Part shown: positions 13,105-24,949 of the stretch, in pieces | Numbering within the stretch: the stretch's first letter is position 1 | Layout of the letters: each line of letters opens with the position of its first letter | From: Macrostomum lignano | Lineage: Eukaryota | Length of the DNA stretch: 64,000 bases | Direction of reading: 5' to 3' | Assembly (NCBI GenBank): GCA_002269645.1 | Contig: NIVC01000529.1 | Location: 15,497 to 79,496 of the forward strand | Position numbers and translations under genes: made by a program | The notes under the pieces: generated by a model | The model's input: only the letters and a program-made list of their open reading frames with translations | What the model was told of the DNA's origin: nothing | Databases searched by the model: none

Positions 13105-13590
13105 AAACTTGGGGATTGTGAAGCTTACTGTGAAGCTTGGGGATTGCGAAACTTGGCGATTGTGAAGCTTGGGGATTGTGAAGCTTTGAGGTTTTAAAGT
13201 TTGGGGATTGTGAGCTTTGGGGATTGTGAAGTTTGGGGGTGTAAAGCTTGGGGATTGTGAAGCTTGGGGATTGTGAAGTTTGGGGAATGTGAAGCTTGGA
13301 GAATGTGAAGCGTGGGGGATTGTGAAGCTTGGGGATTGTGAAGCTTGGAGAATGTGAAGCGTGGGGGATTGTGAAGCTTGGGGATTGTGAAGCTTGGAGA
13401 ATGTGAAGCGTGGGGGATTTTGAAGCTTGGGGATTGTGAAGAATGGGGATTGTGAAACTTGGGGATTGTGAAACTTGGGGATTGTGAAGCTTGGGGATTG
13501 TGAAGCTTGGGGATTGTGAAGCTTGGGGATTGTGAAGCTTGGAGAATGTGAAGCGTGGGGGACTGTGAAGCTTGGGATCGTGAAGTTTAT
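13105..13590 (-). repeat. 16-bp array cttggggattgtgaag (reverse complement of 11540-12335)
   Basis: Direct reading. Confidence 0.9.
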
Positions 13591-14034
13591 GGATCGTGAA
13601 ATTTATATTCCTTCAAATCCAGGCACCACCGCAAAGGTCCTTGGATTAGCTGGGAAACTAGGGAAGGAAGACAGGTTTATAAGCCTGACCCACTGGGGGA
13701 ATAGGCTTAAGGGTAATCTGATCTGCCCTGCCGCTCTCCTCCCCTACGGTGTCTTTGCCGAAACTTGAAAACAGACTGGCGTTACGGTCTTCCTTGCCAG
13801 AAGAAAATGCGCCAATTTCTAACGCTGCGGGAAAATCTTCTTTTGCCTTTTCCTAATAAAGAATGACCGAAGGGTTGGGGCTGCTGGCAGGGGGACAACA
13901 GGAGCGGGGAGGGAGGGGGCCGCGAGTCTGCTAAGGCAATTAACGACGTTATAAGACTGACTAACTGGCTTACTGCCTTACTGCCCGGGCGGTGCTTGTG
14001 AATAGAATAAGTCATCGCCACGGGACTGCCACCG

Positions 14035-15068
14035 AGGCGGATTAGGGGCGGATTTAGTGTCATTAGGGGCGGATCTAGTGTGTCATTAGGGGCGGATCTA
14101 GTGTGTCATTAGGGGCGGATGTACGAAAACGGAATTGGACGGATTTGAAGTGTGGATAAGGCGGATTAGGGGCATATTAGGGGCGGATTGAGAGCGGATT
14201 AGGGGAAGATTAGGGGCGGATTGAGAGCGGATTAGGGGAAGATTAGGGGCGGATTGAGGGCGGATTAGAAGAGATAAGGGGCGGATTAGAGGCAGATAAA
14301 GGGTGGATTGACGGCGGATTGGGGGCAGATTAGGGGCGGATTGAGAGCGGATTGGGGAAGATTAGGGGCGGATTGAGGGCAGATAAAGGGCGGATTGACG
14401 GCGGATTGGGGGCAGATTAGGGGCGGATTGAGAGCGGATTTGGGGAAGATTAGGGGCGGATTGAGGGCAGATCAGGGGTGGATTAGGGACCGATTGGGGG
14501 CAGATTAGGGCGGATTAGGGGCAGATTGAGGGCGAATTGGAGGCGGATTAGAGGCAAATTTAGAATGTGGATTAGGGGAGGATCCAGATGGCGGATTAGG
14601 GGAGAATTTACAAAGAGGATTAGGGGAGGATCTACAAAGAGGATTATTGGAGGATCTACAAAGAGGATTATTGGAGGATCTACAAAGAGGATTAGGGGAG
14701 GATCTACAAAGAGGATTATTGGAGGATCTACAAAGAGGATTAGGGGATGATCTACAAAGAGGATTAGGGGAGGATCTACAAAGAGGATTATTGGAGGATC
14801 TACAAAGAGGATTAGGGGAGGATCTACAAAGATGATTAGAGGAGGATCTACAAAGAGGATTATTGGAGGATCTACAAAGAGGATTAGGGGAGGATCTACA
14901 AAGAGGATTAGGGGAGGATCTACAAAGAGGATTAGGGGAAGATCTACAAAGAGGATTAGGGGAAGATCTACAAAGAGGATTAGGGGAGGATCTACAAAGA
15001 GGATTAGGGGAGGATCTACAAAGAGGATTAGGGGAGGATCTACAAAGAGGATTATTGGAGGATCTACA
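14035..15068. repeat. Adjacent arrays: ~11-12-bp gattaggggcg (14035-14575) and 24-bp ggatctacaaagaggattagggga (14575-15068)
   Basis: Direct reading. Confidence 0.9.
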
Positions 15069-15664
15069 AGTGGGCTAAAAAATTGAACTGCAGCAATATT
15101 TTACATCCTAAAGGTAAAACTGTTAAAATTGAATAAACAAAGAGCCACATGAAAATCAATATGATAGGCAAAATAAACGGACAAAAATATCTTATCTAAT
15201 ATATTTAAATATTAATCCAATATTTAATATTATACAATATTAATCGAACGCATGCAAATAGAAGAGAATAGCCAGGATTAACAGTTGTGCTTAGGAAAAA
15301 ATTAATAGCTAGCAGTTAATAGCTTTTATTATGAGTTAATTTAGCAGGAAAATCGAAGGTCAAATAAGCTAATAATAAAAGTTACAGAAAATACAATTTG
15401 CTCTAGGATATTAATGCAGTTAGCAATGTCAGCAAGATAAATTTATAATAACACATTTATCTATTCTTGTACACAAAATAGGCCTATCTGCAGGTAAAAA
15501 AGTCGGCTTTTTAAAGTTGCTAAGATGAAAACTAAATAGCACAGAAACACGGGGGATATTGCCAAAACAAGGGGTTTTAGAGACACATTTTTCAACTGGT
15601 TAATTGTGCCTATGGGTGATGCATTGAAACTGAGCCTGCTTTTGCGCCAATTCGCATGCTGCAT

Positions 15665-16790
15665 TCACTCAGTCACTCCATTAGTCACTTAGTCTCCTAA
15701 TCACTCAGTCACTCAGTCACTTAGTCTCCTAATCACTCAGGCACTCAGTCACTTAGTCTCCTAATCACTCAGTCACTCCATTAGTCACTTGTCTCCTAAT
15801 CACTCAATCACTCAGTCTCCTAATAAATCAGTCACTTGTCTCCTAACCACTCAGTCACTCAGTCACTTAGTCTCCTAATCACTCAATCACTCAGTCACTT
15901 AGTCTCCTAATCACTCAATCACTCAGTCACTTGTCTCCTAACCACTCAATCACTCAGTCACTTAGTCTCCTAATCACTCAATCACTCAGTCACTTGTCTC
16001 CTAACCACTCAATCACTCAGTCACTTAGTCTCCTAATCACTCAATCACTCAGTCACTTGTCTCCTAACCACTCAATCACTCAGTCACTCAGTCTCCTAAT
16101 AAATCAGTCACTTGTCTCCTAACCACTCAATCACTCAGTCACTCAGTCTCCAAATAAATCAGTCACTTGTCTCCTAACCACTCAATCACTCAGTCACTCA
16201 GTCTCCAAATAAATCAGTCACTCAGTCTCCTAATAAATCAGTCACTCAGTCTCCTAGTCACTCAGTCACTCAGTCGCTCAAGCCCATCACTATTTAGTTA
16301 CTCAGTCGCTCAAGCCCATCACTATTTAGTTACTCAGTCGCTCAAGCCCATCACTATTTAGTTACTCAGTCGCTCAAGTCCATCACTATTTAGTTACTCA
16401 GTCGCTCAAGCCCATCACTATTTAGTTACTCAGTCGCTCAAGCCCATCACTATTTAGTTACTCAGTCGCTCAAGTCCATCACTATTTAGTTACTCAGTCG
16501 CTCAAGTCCATCACTATTTAGTTACTCAGTCGCTCAAGTCCATCACTATTTAGTTACTCAGTCGCTCAAGTCCATCACTATTTAGTTACTCAGTCGCTCA
16601 AGCCCATCACTATTTAGTTACTCAGTCGCTCAAGTCCATCACTATTTAGTTACTCAGTCGCTCAAGTCCATCACTATTTAGTTACTCAGTCGCTCAAGCC
16701 CATCACTATTTAGTTACTCAGTCGCTCAAGTCCATCACTATTTAGTTACTCAGTCGCTCAAGCCCATCACTATTTAGTTACTCAGTCGCT
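15665..16790. repeat. cactcagt-based array (15665-16265) followed by 32-bp array cagtcgctcaagcccatcactatttagttact (16265-16790)
   Basis: Direct reading. Confidence 0.9.
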
Positions 16791-17597
16791 CACCAAGTCC
16801 CTCATTCAGTCAGTCAATAAGTGGGCTCAGTCAAAGACCCAAATTCGTAACCATTGGGCCTCACACCAAACGCACTGATACTGGCCTACCGGTGCACACT
16901 ACTAGTAGTAGTACAATAAAGGTCAAAGACTAGACAAACAAGGCAGTTCAATAAACTGGTAGCGGGCGGGCGCCATCACGACAGCAGCTTTGAAGCAATT
17001 GAATATAATAAAACCTACTAATAAAAACAAGCAGAACTATACAAGGCGCCTTTGAACATGAATTGTTTTGTTTTAAATTTATACGCTTCAAACAGAACTA
17101 TAATGATGGTAATAAAAACTAGAAACTGGCAGACCAAAAAATTGATAAATATTTTAATAAATGACTCTGGATAAAAAGTTATACAATGCATGAGAATTGA
17201 ATTATAACAGGACCCAGATAGCAAATGCCAACTTAAAGCTACCAAGAGGGCAGAGTCGAGCGTTTAAACAAATCATACGAGTATAACACAACCCAAACTG
17301 AAATACGCGTGTTACACTACTGCTATTGCTTTGTCAGTCAGTAGAGTTGTCTGCGCCGTAAATATTGATTTCTTAATAATGAATAAAGAATAATTACTTA
17401 CTAGACTAATAAAATACTATTATTACGATTTTGCATTACACAGTCGCAGGATTCCCACGCCATCGGCATATCAGCGCACAGTACGGTCGTGTGAGAGACA
17501 GAAAAATAAGTGAGGAAGACTGATGGACGCGTACGGCATATGAAGGGTTGATATGATGTAAGAAAAAAAAGGTTAAACAGCTAGAGTGATATTGGAA

Positions 17598-17684
17598 AGC
17601 AGACAGACAGGCAGACAGACAGGCAGGCAGGCAGACAGACAGACAGACAGAAAGGCAGACAGACAGACAGACAGACAGGTAGGC

Positions 17685-17757
<73 letters not shown>

Positions 17758-17764
17758 GGTAGGC

Positions 17765-17795
<31 letters not shown>

Positions 17796-17955
17796 TAGGC
17801 AGACAGACAGACAGACAGGTAGGCAGACAGACAGACAGACAGACAGATAGGCAGACAGACAGACAGACAGGTAGGCAGACAGACAGGCAGACAGACAGAC
17901 AGACAGATAGGCAGACAGACAGACAGACAGGTAGGCAGACAGACAGACAGACAGG
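17598..17955. repeat. (ACAG)n microsatellite
   Basis: Direct reading. Confidence 0.92.
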
Positions 17956-18112
17956 TATTTTTTCCTATCTGGAAGCTGCCGCCTTCCAATCAAAGGAATC
18001 TCAGTCAGGCAATCAGTCATCTCTGCATTGAAAATTCGAAGCAAAATTATTACAGAAATTATCGATCCCCATGGCAACACAATTTTTCATTCTCTGTTCA
18101 GCACCGAGGCAC

Positions 18113-18310
18113 CCGGGGCAGCAGAGCGCAGGCCCTGTCTGCGGCTTCATCTTTGGCTTTGACGTCAACTGACTCGGCGTTGAAAGTGCCGGAGTCGCCG
18201 CCGCCCTGCTCAGCCGCCGCTTCTTCATCGTCGTCTCCGTCGCCGTCGTCCCAGGCGCCAACACAGGCTGGGGAGCCGCAGGCGCAGATTTTCTGCAGCT
18301 GTTCGCGCGA
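18113..18310 (-). CDS. Candidate symmetric (phase 0-0) acidic exon, possibly distal CSL isoform
   Basis: GC-rich island; acceptor cactcacccag|18310; 66 codons SREQLQK...DDGDGDDDEE...ALLPR; weak donor CGG|gtgcct. Confidence 0.4.
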
Positions 18311-18402
18311 CTGGGTGAGTGGGGGAAGAAGAACAAGGGATAATTTTTATAGATTTTTTAGAAGTTCTAAAAACTCGGGTTCTAAAATATATGATGGATA
18401 TT

Positions 18403-19290
18403 CTAAGAAATGAAATTGCGATTCTAAGAAATGAAATTGCGATTTTAAGAAATGAAATTGCGATTTCAAGAAATGAGATTAGGGTTCTTAGAAATGAGAT
18501 GGCGATTATAAGAAATGAAATTGCGATTCTAAGAAATGAAATTGCGATTTTAAGAAATAAAATTGCGATTTCAAGAAATGAGATTAGGGTTCTAAGAAAT
18601 GAGATGGCGATTCTAAGAAATGAAATTGCGATTCTAAGAAATGAAATTGCGATTTCAAGAAATGAGATTAGGGTTCTAAGAAATGAGATGGCGATTCTAA
18701 GAAATGAAATTGCGATTCTAAGAAATGAAATTGCGATTTCAAGAAATGAGATTAGGGTTCTAAGAAATGAGATGGCGATTCTAAGAAATGAAATTGCGAT
18801 TCTAAGAAATGAAATTGCGATTTCAAGAAATGAGATTAGGGTTCTTAGAAATGAGATGGCGATTATAAGAAATGAAATTGCGATTCTAAGAAATGAAATT
18901 GCGATTTTAAGAAATAAAATTGCGATTTTAAGAAATGAGATTAGGGTTCTAAGAAATGAGATGGCGATTCTAAGAAATGAAATTGCGATTCTAAGAAATA
19001 AAATTGCGATTCCAAGAAATGAGATTAGGGTTCTAAGAAATGAGATGGCGATTCTAAGAAATGAAATTGCGATTCTAAGAAATGAAATTGCGATTTCAAG
19101 AAATGAGATTAGGGTTCTAAGAAATGAGATGGCGATTCTAAGAAATGAAATTGCGATTCTAAGAAATGAAATTGCGATTTCAAGAAATGAGATTAGGGTT
19201 CTAAGAAATGAGATGGCGATTCTAAGAAATGAAAATTGCGATTCTAAGAAATGAAATTGCTAGAGAAAATTGAAAATTGCGATTCTAAGA
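18403..19290. repeat. 21-bp minisatellite gaaattgcgattctaagaaat
   Basis: Direct reading; gives the artefactual IAILRNE ORF. Confidence 0.92.
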
Positions 19291-19551
19291 AATAAAAGAA
19301 ATAAGAAATAAGAAATAAAATGGAATTGTGAATATAAGAAATAGAAACGCTATTGTAATTAGCTTGATAGAGATTCCAAGGAGATATGAAAGGTATTTTT
19401 TTAAAGAACTAAGATTCGAAACTGAATTCTAAGAAAACCGTTATTAGGATTCTAAAAAGTAAAATAGGTATTTCAAGAAGCAGATTGTACATATTGCACA
19501 GATTGTAGAGTGTAGAGTGTAGAATGGATCAGTCAGCATGCGGGAACTCAC

Positions 19552-19920
19552 CATGGGCACCGTGGCCCTGTGAGTGGCAGGCTGACGATCTCTACGCTGC
19601 AGTCGGGCTTCAACCGGAGATGCGGCATCAGCGCCGGGCTCCGCAGCTTCCGTCTTGTCCGGCTCCGCGGCGTCCGGAGATCCCCACAAACTCAAGCCGA
19701 TAGGATCTGTACACAAGCTTGGAGCGCTCCATCTTGATTGATGATTCTGACCAGGCAACTGCAGAGGATGCCGCTGGTGCTGCTGCTGATACTGATGATG
19801 CTCGGTGGAGGCTGGATGAATTCGAATACGAAGCTGTTCAACCATTGTGGTTGTGACTGCGGCGGCGGCGGCTGCGGCGGCCGCTGCATTGGCCGCCGAG
19901 GCTGCTGGCTGGCCCGTCAT
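19552..19920 (-). CDS. Candidate distal first coding exon (MTGQPAASAANAAAA...TVPM), possibly CSL or a separate gene
   Basis: Poly-Ala/poly-Gln ORF (part of 19444..20094); strong donor ATG|gtgagt at 19551, phase 0; upstream acceptor cacctcag|20012. Confidence 0.55.
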
Positions 19921-20679
19921 CAATCTGCCGCGGGATTCGCTGATGCCGCTGGCTGGCTGCAGGTGACGATGCACTTTTGTTTTTAATTGACTCCGCACTG
20001 GCAATGGAGCTGCTGAGGTGCAGCAGGGGGGTAGGCCGGTTGTTATAGCATTCGATGCGAAAAGTTTACATAGATGGATTGCTAGTCTAGCCAAACTGAT
20101 ATATTTTCAAGATTTGGGATTTGAAAGAGATGAAGGATTATAAGGATTATAATAATGGATTGCTAGTCTAGCCAAACTGATATATTTTTGAGATTTTGAA
20201 ATTAAAATATGAAGGATTAAAAAAGTCTCGTGCAGAACTGATGCGATGAAAAATGATGAAATTAATTTTTATTACTTACAATTTTAAAAGAAAGATGAAG
20301 AACTTAAAATCGCAATTGAGTCCTTGATAGCAATAATAATAATAGTATTCATATTATTTACCAGTAATGAATTAAAAGCGCATATGGAACACATTAGACT
20401 AAATTGCTTTTAACTGTAACAGAAAATAGACAAAATTAAACAAATAGAAAACAGGGGACACTAATTTCTGAGAGAAACTTTAAACTCCAGATACATGATA
20501 ACTATTTATAAATATGAAGCCAAACTTAACAAAGGAGAACTCGAGACGGGCTGGAGATATAAAAAATGCAAACTGACTTTTTTCCCTCTCACTTTAAGTG
20601 CAATTCAAACAAGAACGCGCGGCAGCAACCTTATGGGTACCGTGGTTACCGCCGTTTCGAAATCACTGCTATCTGGAAG

Positions 20680-21360
20680 GGCGAGTGTGGAAGGGCGATT
20701 TTGTAAGGGTGATTCTAATAGGGCGATTCTAGACGGGCGATTTTGAAGAGCGATTTAAGAAGAGGAATTCTGGAAGGGCGATTCTGGAAAGGCGATTCTA
20801 GTAGGGCGATTCTGGAAGGGCGATTCTGGAAGGGCGATTCTAGAAAGGCGATTCTAGTAGGGCGATTCTGGAAGGGCGATTCTAGAAAGGCGACTCTAGT
20901 AGGGCGATTCTGGAAGGGCGATTCTGGAAGGGCGATTCTCGAAAGGCGATTCTGGAAGGGCGATTCTAGAAAGGCGATTCTAGTAGGGCGATTCTGGAAG
21001 GGCGATTCTGGAATGGCGATTCTCGAAAGGCGATTCTGGAAGGGCGATTCTAGAATGGCGATTCTAGTAGGGCGATTCTGGAAAGGCGATTCTAGTAGGG
21101 CGATTCTGGAAGGGCGATTCTGGAAGGGCGATTCTCGAAAGGCGATTCTGGAAGGGCGATTCTAGAAAGGCGATTCTAGTAGGGCGATTCTGGAAGGGCG
21201 ATTCTGGAAGGGCGATTCTCGAAAGGCGATTCTGGAAGGGCGATTCTAGAAGGGCGATTCTACTAGGGCGATTCTGGAAAGGCGATTCTAGAAGGGTAAT
21301 TCTGGAAGGGCGATTCTAGTAGGGCGATTCTGAAAAGGCGATTCTAAAAGGGCGATTCTA
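20680..21360. repeat. 14-bp minisatellite gggcgattctggaa
   Basis: Direct reading. Confidence 0.9.
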
Positions 21361-21894
21361 TAAAAACTTTTATACCGAGAAAACCAATTGCAAGTGCAAT
21401 ATAAGTGGCTAGAAGGGCCAAGCAGACAACACGCACGCATCACGAGCTATAAAAAATGCCCACATATATTGAAAAATAGGGACAGGGTTAGATTAAAAAG
21501 ACACAAATTGTTGACACATACTAAAGTGAGGGCGCACGGCCCTTCATAAGGGTAGAAAACGAGAAAAAATGAACCATAAGCAAACGTGGCTTACACACAA
21601 AAATACACAATGCAGAGAGTGCAGCCGATCAACGCATTTATAAAAGCTGCCAAATGGACAATTTAAGATGAATTGGAGACACCCTGTTTTTATAACAAAA
21701 ATAATATTATTACAATAGTAAATTGAGAGCATTTGCATATACACACACGGGGCATTGATAAAAATGCTTAGAACAAAAAACTTTATTAATTTTCAAAACT
21801 ACCGCAGTTAGCCACAGAGCTGGCATGGTTACTGAGATAAAAATGCCCAACTTTGCTATCGAAAATTATCATAGTAGTTACTACAGCTGGATAT

Positions 21895-24050
21895 AAAACT
21901 ACCGCAGTTGGATTCAAATCTACCGCAACTGGATTCAAATCTACTGCAATTGGATTCAAAACTACTGCAATTGGATTCAAAACTACTGCAATTGGATTCA
22001 AATCTACTGCAATTGGATTCAAATCTACTGCAATTGGATTCAAATCTACCGCAGTTGGATTCAAATCTACTGCAATTGGATTCAAATCTACTGCAATTGG
22101 ATTCAAAACTACCGCAGTTGGATTCAAATCTACCGCAACTGGATTCAAATCTACTGCAATTGGATTCAAAACTACTGCAATTGGATTCAAATCTACTGCA
22201 ATTGGATTCAAATCTACTGCAATTGGATTCAAATCTACCGCAGTTGGATTCAAATCTACTGCAATTGGAATCAAATCTACTGCAATTGGATTCAAATCTA
22301 CTGCAATTGGATTCAAAACTACTGCAATTGGATTCAAATCTACCGCAGGTGGATTCAAATCTACTGCAATTGGATTCAAAACTACTGCAATTGGATTCAA
22401 AACTACTGCAATTGGATTCAAATCTACTGCAATTGGATTCAAATCTACTGCAATTGGATTCAAATCTACCGCAGTTGGATTCAAATCTACTGCAATTGGA
22501 TTCAAATCTACTGCAATTGGATTCAAAACTACCGCAGTTGGATTCAAATCTACCGCAACTGGATTCAAATCTACTGCAATTGGATTCAAAACTACTGCAA
22601 TTGGATTCAAATCTACTGCAATTGGATTCAAATCTACTGCAATTGGATTCAAATCTACCGCAGTTGGATTCAAATCTACTGCAATTGGAATCAAATCTAC
22701 TGCAATTGGATTCAAATCTACTGCAATTGGATTCAAATCTACCGCAGGTGGATTCAAATCTACTGCAATTGGATTCAAATCTACTGCAATTGGATTCAAA
22801 TCTACCGCAGGTGGATTCAAATCTACTGCAATTGGATTCAAATCTACTGCAATTGGATTCAAATCTACCGCAGTTGGATTCAAATCTACTGCAATTGGAT
22901 TCAAATCTACTGCAATTGGATTCAAAACTACCGCAGTTGGATTCAAATCTACCGCAACTGGATTCAAATCTACTGCAATTGGATTCAAAACTACTGCAAT
23001 TGGATTCAAATCTACTGCAATTGGATTCAAATCTACTGCAATTGGATTCAAATCTACCGCAGTTGGATTCAAATCTACTGCAATTGGAATCAAATCTACT
23101 GCAATTGGATTCAAATCTACTGCAATTGGATTCAAATCTACCGCAGGTGGATTCAAATCTACTGCAATTGGATTCAAATCTACTGCAATTGGATTCAAAT
23201 CTACCGCAGGTGGATTCAAATCTACTGCAATTGGATTCAAATCTACCGCAGTTGGATTCAAATCTACTGCAATTGGATTCAAATCTACTGCAATTGGATT
23301 CAAATCTACCGCAGGTGGATTCAAATCTACCGCAGTTGAATTCAAATCTACCGCAGTTGAATTCAAATCTACCGCAGTTGGATTCAAATCTACCGCAGGT
23401 GGATTCATATCTACCGCAGTTGGATTCAAATCCACCGCATGTGGATTCAAATCTACCGCAGTTGGATTCAAATCCACCGCAGTTGAATTCAAATCTACCG
23501 CAGTTGAATTCAAATCTACCGCAGGTGGATTTAAATCTACCGCAGTTGAATTCAAATCCACCGCAGTTGAATTCAAATCTACCGCAGGTGGATTCAAATC
23601 TACTGCATTGAATTCAAATCTACCGCCAGTTGAATTCAAATCTACCGCAGGTGGATTTAAATCTATCGCAGGTGGATTCAAATCTACCGCAGTTGGATTC
23701 AAATCTACCGCAGGTGGATTCAAATCTACTGCAATTGGATTTAAATCTACTGCAATTGGATTCAAATCTACTGCAATTGGATTCAAATCTACTGCAATTG
23801 GATTCAAATCTACCGCAATTGGATTCAAGTCTACCGCAACTGGATTCAAATCTTACTGCAACTGGATTCAAGTCTACCGCAACTGGATTCAAGTCTACCG
23901 CAACTGGAGTCAAATCTACCGCAATTGGATTCAAATCTACTGCAGTTGAATTCAAATCTACCGCAATTGGATTCAAATCTACTGCCAGTTGAATTCAAAT
24001 CTACCGCAGTTGGATTCAAATCTACCGCAGTTGGATTCAAATCTACCGCA
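21895..24050. repeat. 21-bp minisatellite ggattcaaatctactgcaatt, ~100 units, just downstream of the PDS5 stop
   Basis: Direct reading; source of the 567-698 aa artefactual ORFs. Confidence 0.95.
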
Positions 24051-24268
24051 GTTATTTTCGCCCAGATTTGGCCCTATGCAGATGGATTCAAATCAATCGC
24101 GGCTAATTTCAAAACTACATCAGTTAGACTCAAAACTACCGGAAATAAGTCTAAAACTACCTCGATGGGATTCAAAACTGCCGCAGTTGTCTGCGCCGTG
24201 ACTTGGCTACCGGTCAGCTCAGTTACGCCGCGACAAAGCTTCGATTGATCGCGACTTGGCGGCTCGGC

Positions 24269-24949
24269 TCAACCGTCCGCTGCTGACGCCACTGCCGCTG
24301 CCGCTCCCAGGAGTCGGGTTGTCGACAAAGTCGACGGCGAAGCGACGGCAACGGCTAGGCCGCGTCGGCGCTTCTTCGGCGACGGCGACGGAGCCGGCGA
24401 CGAGGCCTCCTGAGACGCGGCCGACGATTCGTCGGTTGGCGAAACCATCGCAACTGCGCGACGCTTTCGACTAATTACTGTCGCCTTTGATGTTGCCGCC
24501 TTTGACGCCGCCGTCTTTGAAGCCGCCGCCTTTGTGTTTGCCGCTTTTGGAGCTACCGCTTTTGAAGCTGCCGCCTTAGAGATTGGTCGACTTTTTGCGC
24601 CCCTGCGTCGACCAACAGGCGACGGCGATGGCGATGGCGAAGGCGAAGGTGTTGGCGATGGCGACGACGACTTTGTAATAGTCTTTGTCGCTGATGGCCT
24701 AGTCTTTGTAGCAGTCTTTGTTGCGGCGGCTTTTTTAATTTTGCCGGCTTGGACGGCGGCCGAGCGGCCATTCTGAGAGGCGGCGGCGCCTCGCTGCTGC
24801 GCCTGCTTTTTCTTTGTAGCAGCAGAAGTAGCAGAAGCAACTGGCGACTCAGTAGAAGTGGTCGCTGACTTCAACGGCGATTTTATTGGCGATTTTGCTG
24901 GCGGATTTTTGGCCACCGTTGAAGGCTGCTGCTCGTCGCGCTTGCTTTG
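24269..24949 (-). CDS. PDS5: PDS5 exon 10 (basic low-complexity tail)
   Basis: catctag|QSKRDEQQPSTVAKNPP...ADG*; 227 codons including stop. See finding on a possible frameshift near 24317. Confidence 0.82.
   Translation of the reverse strand, partial: QSKRDEQQPSTVAKNPPAKSPIKSPLKSATTSTESPVASATSAATKKKQAQQRGAAASQNGRSAAVQAGKIKKAAATKTATKTRPSATKTITKSSSPSPTPSPSPSPSPSPVGRRRGAKSRPISKAAASKAVAPKAANTKAAASKTAASKAATSKATVISRKRRAVAMVSPTDESSAASQEASSPAPSPSPKKRRRGLAVAVASPSTLSTTRLLGAAAAVASAADG

Noticed and set aside
17436-17520. Possible terminal exon (SSSLIFLSLTRPYC...ATV*) making 19.9-17.4 kb a separate small gene
   Set aside because: Phase-compatible but the peptide is unremarkable; cannot be distinguished from intronic sequence without transcripts.
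18319-19254. 311-aa heptad 'coiled-coil' ORF (IAILRNE)n
   Set aside because: Pure 21-bp minisatellite on the strand opposite the local exons; the heptad is a by-product of unit length.
21786-23992. 567-698 aa ORFs on both strands
   Set aside because: Translations of a 21-bp array; open in several frames and both strands; no domain features.
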